From positions 15,314,001-15,378,000 of the forward strand of contig NC_090343.1 of NCBI RefSeq assembly GCF_035084215.1: DNA of 64,000 nucleotides, written 5' to 3'. Each line of letters begins with the position of its first letter. Within the stretch, counting starts at the first letter, position 1. This document shows, piece by piece, positions 61,822-64,000 of the stretch. Made by a program: the position numbers and the translations under genes. The DNA is from Heptranchias perlo. Its lineage: Eukaryota. Under the pieces are notes generated by a model. That model saw only the letters and a list, made by a program, of their open reading frames with translations, did not search any database and was not told the DNA's origin.

Positions 61822-62030
61822 ATGGGTACAAATCAATTAATAAATTAATACAGCAAGAGGCACCAATGAATTAAATGGAGAAGTGGACAGTATAAATAAA
61901 TGAATGGACCAGTGTGTACTCCAACAAATCAATAAATGAATGGAGTAGCAGACATCATTGAATTGATAAATTCATGGAACAGTGAGTACAAGAACAATCA
62001 ATAAATTAATGGAGCGGCAATGGATCAATG
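61822..62030. repeat. Degenerate ~35-bp minisatellite
   Basis: Core ataaatNNatgga at 61896, 61932, 61966 and 62001 (spacing 36, 34, 35), with weaker copies at ~61840 and ~61866. Confidence 0.7.
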
Positions 62031-62291
62031 GTAGTAACACAGTGCATTTGTTTTAACCAAAAAAGGTAATTCTGACATGATGTGCAAACAGCTAGATTTT
62101 TGATAGTTTTACCATTAGGAAAAGCAATAGTGTCTCCTCGCACAATGGCAGCCTTACAGATATTAAAATATCACCAGCTTGAGGTGCTGGCAAGCCAATT
62201 GGGCTACGGTGAGGTTCTGTTTACAGTTAAAGATGTGTACAAAAGGCAGACCATGTCTCCCATACCTTTCAATGTCAAAACCAGACATGTT

Positions 62292-63043
62292 GGGCCAGAA
62301 ATAGCGCAAAGGGGCAAAGCAACGCCCCCTGCAGCACCTGCGAATTAAATTAACGAAAATACTTACTGTGGGCTCTGTGGCGTTGAATTGCTTGAATTTG
62401 AACTTTTTAAAAAATGTGTGTTATCAACCCAGCCTCTGAGCAGCGTGAATTACCGCGTGGCTAGAAAAGTCTGTGAGGAGAAGACAAGCCCATAAAATCT
62501 GTCAGGAAGAGAAGTCACGTCCACAGATTCAGCCTGCATTGCTCAAGATGGCAAGCAGACTTTCTGTATTCTGTATGTCATTGTAATTAAAATGTTAATT
62601 TTTTTTAATAAAAAGCTGAAGAAACAATTGAATTAAATTAGAGACAGAAGGGAAAAGTAAAAAAAATTCTTAAGGAGTAATATGAGACACCACATATTTA
62701 AAAGTTAATTTTTCGGCGTTTGGCAGACATTAAGACTTAGCGCGTTGTTAAAACTTAGTTTAGACCTGGTATTTTTAAGCGTACCTGTTTGGTGGCGATA
62801 TTAGTTACTTTCCAGCTGGGCAGATAAGCAAGTTGGTGCTTTATCAATGATTTTTCTGATTGCAGTGTGCAATGGCCCTTTAATTCAAAGTTGTCATATC
62901 GCCGGCGAACCACGAGGACCAAGTTCCGAATTTCCGCGTTTCACTGCGCATGTGCAAACGCTGGAGCTTGCTCCTTCAATTCACCACTAAAAACTGAGCG
63001 CGCTATTGAGCTCCTCTGTAATTTAGGGAGGGATTTCTGTCTC
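62292..63043. mobile_element. Probable Harbinger-type MITE
   Basis: Imperfect TIRs gggccagaaat / atttctgtctc; flanks gtt and gat; CpG-rich ends around an AT-rich core. Confidence 0.45.
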
Positions 63044-63431
63044 GATGTCTATCACTTACTCACAAGGGCAGCAGAATCTCCCAGAAAGCAACCACGGAAG
63101 CATATTTTAAATAGTAACAATAATAGGCCTGCTTACAAACTTCTTTAAAAATGTATACTTGTTGACCTCTCATGGTGTTGCGCATGAGGAGAATCATAAC
63201 CATATGTAGTCTTTAGGTGAAATTGGGTTAACGGTCAGAGGATAAGTGGACTGTGGTGCACAGATGATCCTCATTTTAAAGTCATACATTCTGTATTTAT
63301 TTTTATATATTTCCATTATAAATTCATATGCCTGTATTTATCATGGTAACTATCAATGTGAGCTTATATTGTAATTACACCCACCTGTTAACACTGGCAC
63401 TGTAAAATTTCCACAGGGTGGAGGATATAAT

Positions 63432-64000
63432 GGGCCCGATATTACCATGGCGGCGGGGGGCGATTGGGCGCGTGGGTAACGCGCCCGGTGAAATCAGTCT
63501 GCCCCGCGCGCAATTGCAGGCTGATTGGATCCACACACCTGTTCTTCCGGGTTCCCCGCTGCTGAGCTGCACGGTGGGCGGACTGCGCATGCGCAGTAAG
63601 GTCTGTCAGCTGGAGGAGCTCTATTTAAAGGGGCAGTCCTCCACTGACTGATGCTGCAAGAAATAGGAACAATTACAGCATGGAGCAGCCCAGGGGGAAG
63701 GCTGCTCCCAGGTTTAATGATGCCTCACTCCAGCTCTTATTGGATGGGGTGAGGAGGAGGGGGAGGACAGAGATCTTCCCACCGGCGGGCAGGAGGAAGT
63801 GGCCTGCCTCTGCCACCAAGAAGGCCTGGCTCGAGGTGGCAGAGGAGGTCACCTGCACCACCAACATATCGCGCACCTGCATACAGTGCAGGAGGCGCTG
63901 CAATGACCTAAATAGGTCTTCCAAAGTGAGTACACTTACTCATTCCCCTACACTCCGTCTGCCACATCACCGCCCCCACCCCACATCTCCTTCTGCAAAA
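63432..64000. mobile_element. PIF/Harbinger element (same subfamily as 11002-13009), runs off the window
   Basis: TIR gggcccgatattacc preceded by AAT; sequence nearly identical to the reverse complement of ~12425-13009. Confidence 0.9.
63680..63925 (+). CDS. Harbinger Myb/SANT-like exon 1 (82 codons, open)
   Basis: [82 protein letters not shown]|gtgagt. Confidence 0.75.

Noticed and set aside
61822-62030. CRISPR array
   Set aside because: The context is vertebrate, no cas genes are present, the repeats are short and imperfect, and the linkers are related to each other.

Overview
This is eukaryotic (vertebrate) genomic DNA. The repeat families (CR1/HER1-type and L2 LINEs, Deu- and LF-type SINEs, a shark-type Penelope) suggest a cartilaginous fish; that is an inference. 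Positions 1029-26165 (+) hold the last nine coding exons of SLCO4A1 (OATP4A1), all with GT-AG junctions and compatible phases. A long, repeat-poor 3' region follows, then intergenic DNA. The window is rich in PIF/Harbinger DNA transposons. One 4.1-kb two-gene element has an apparently intact three-exon Myb/SANT partner gene and a transposase with several disabling lesions. There are also two complete ~2-kb non-autonomous derivatives sharing one internal deletion, a third related copy cut by the window end, several MITEs and an ancient transposase relic. Two Penelope-like insertions carry minimal hammerhead ribozyme motifs, and one of them forms a 170-bp palindrome. An unexplained ~290-nt intronic segment (6150-6435) has two tandem, covarying structural modules and is the best candidate for something undescribed. 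Most ORFs in the supplied track are spurious or TE fragments. All repeat-family names come from recall of motifs, not from database searches.
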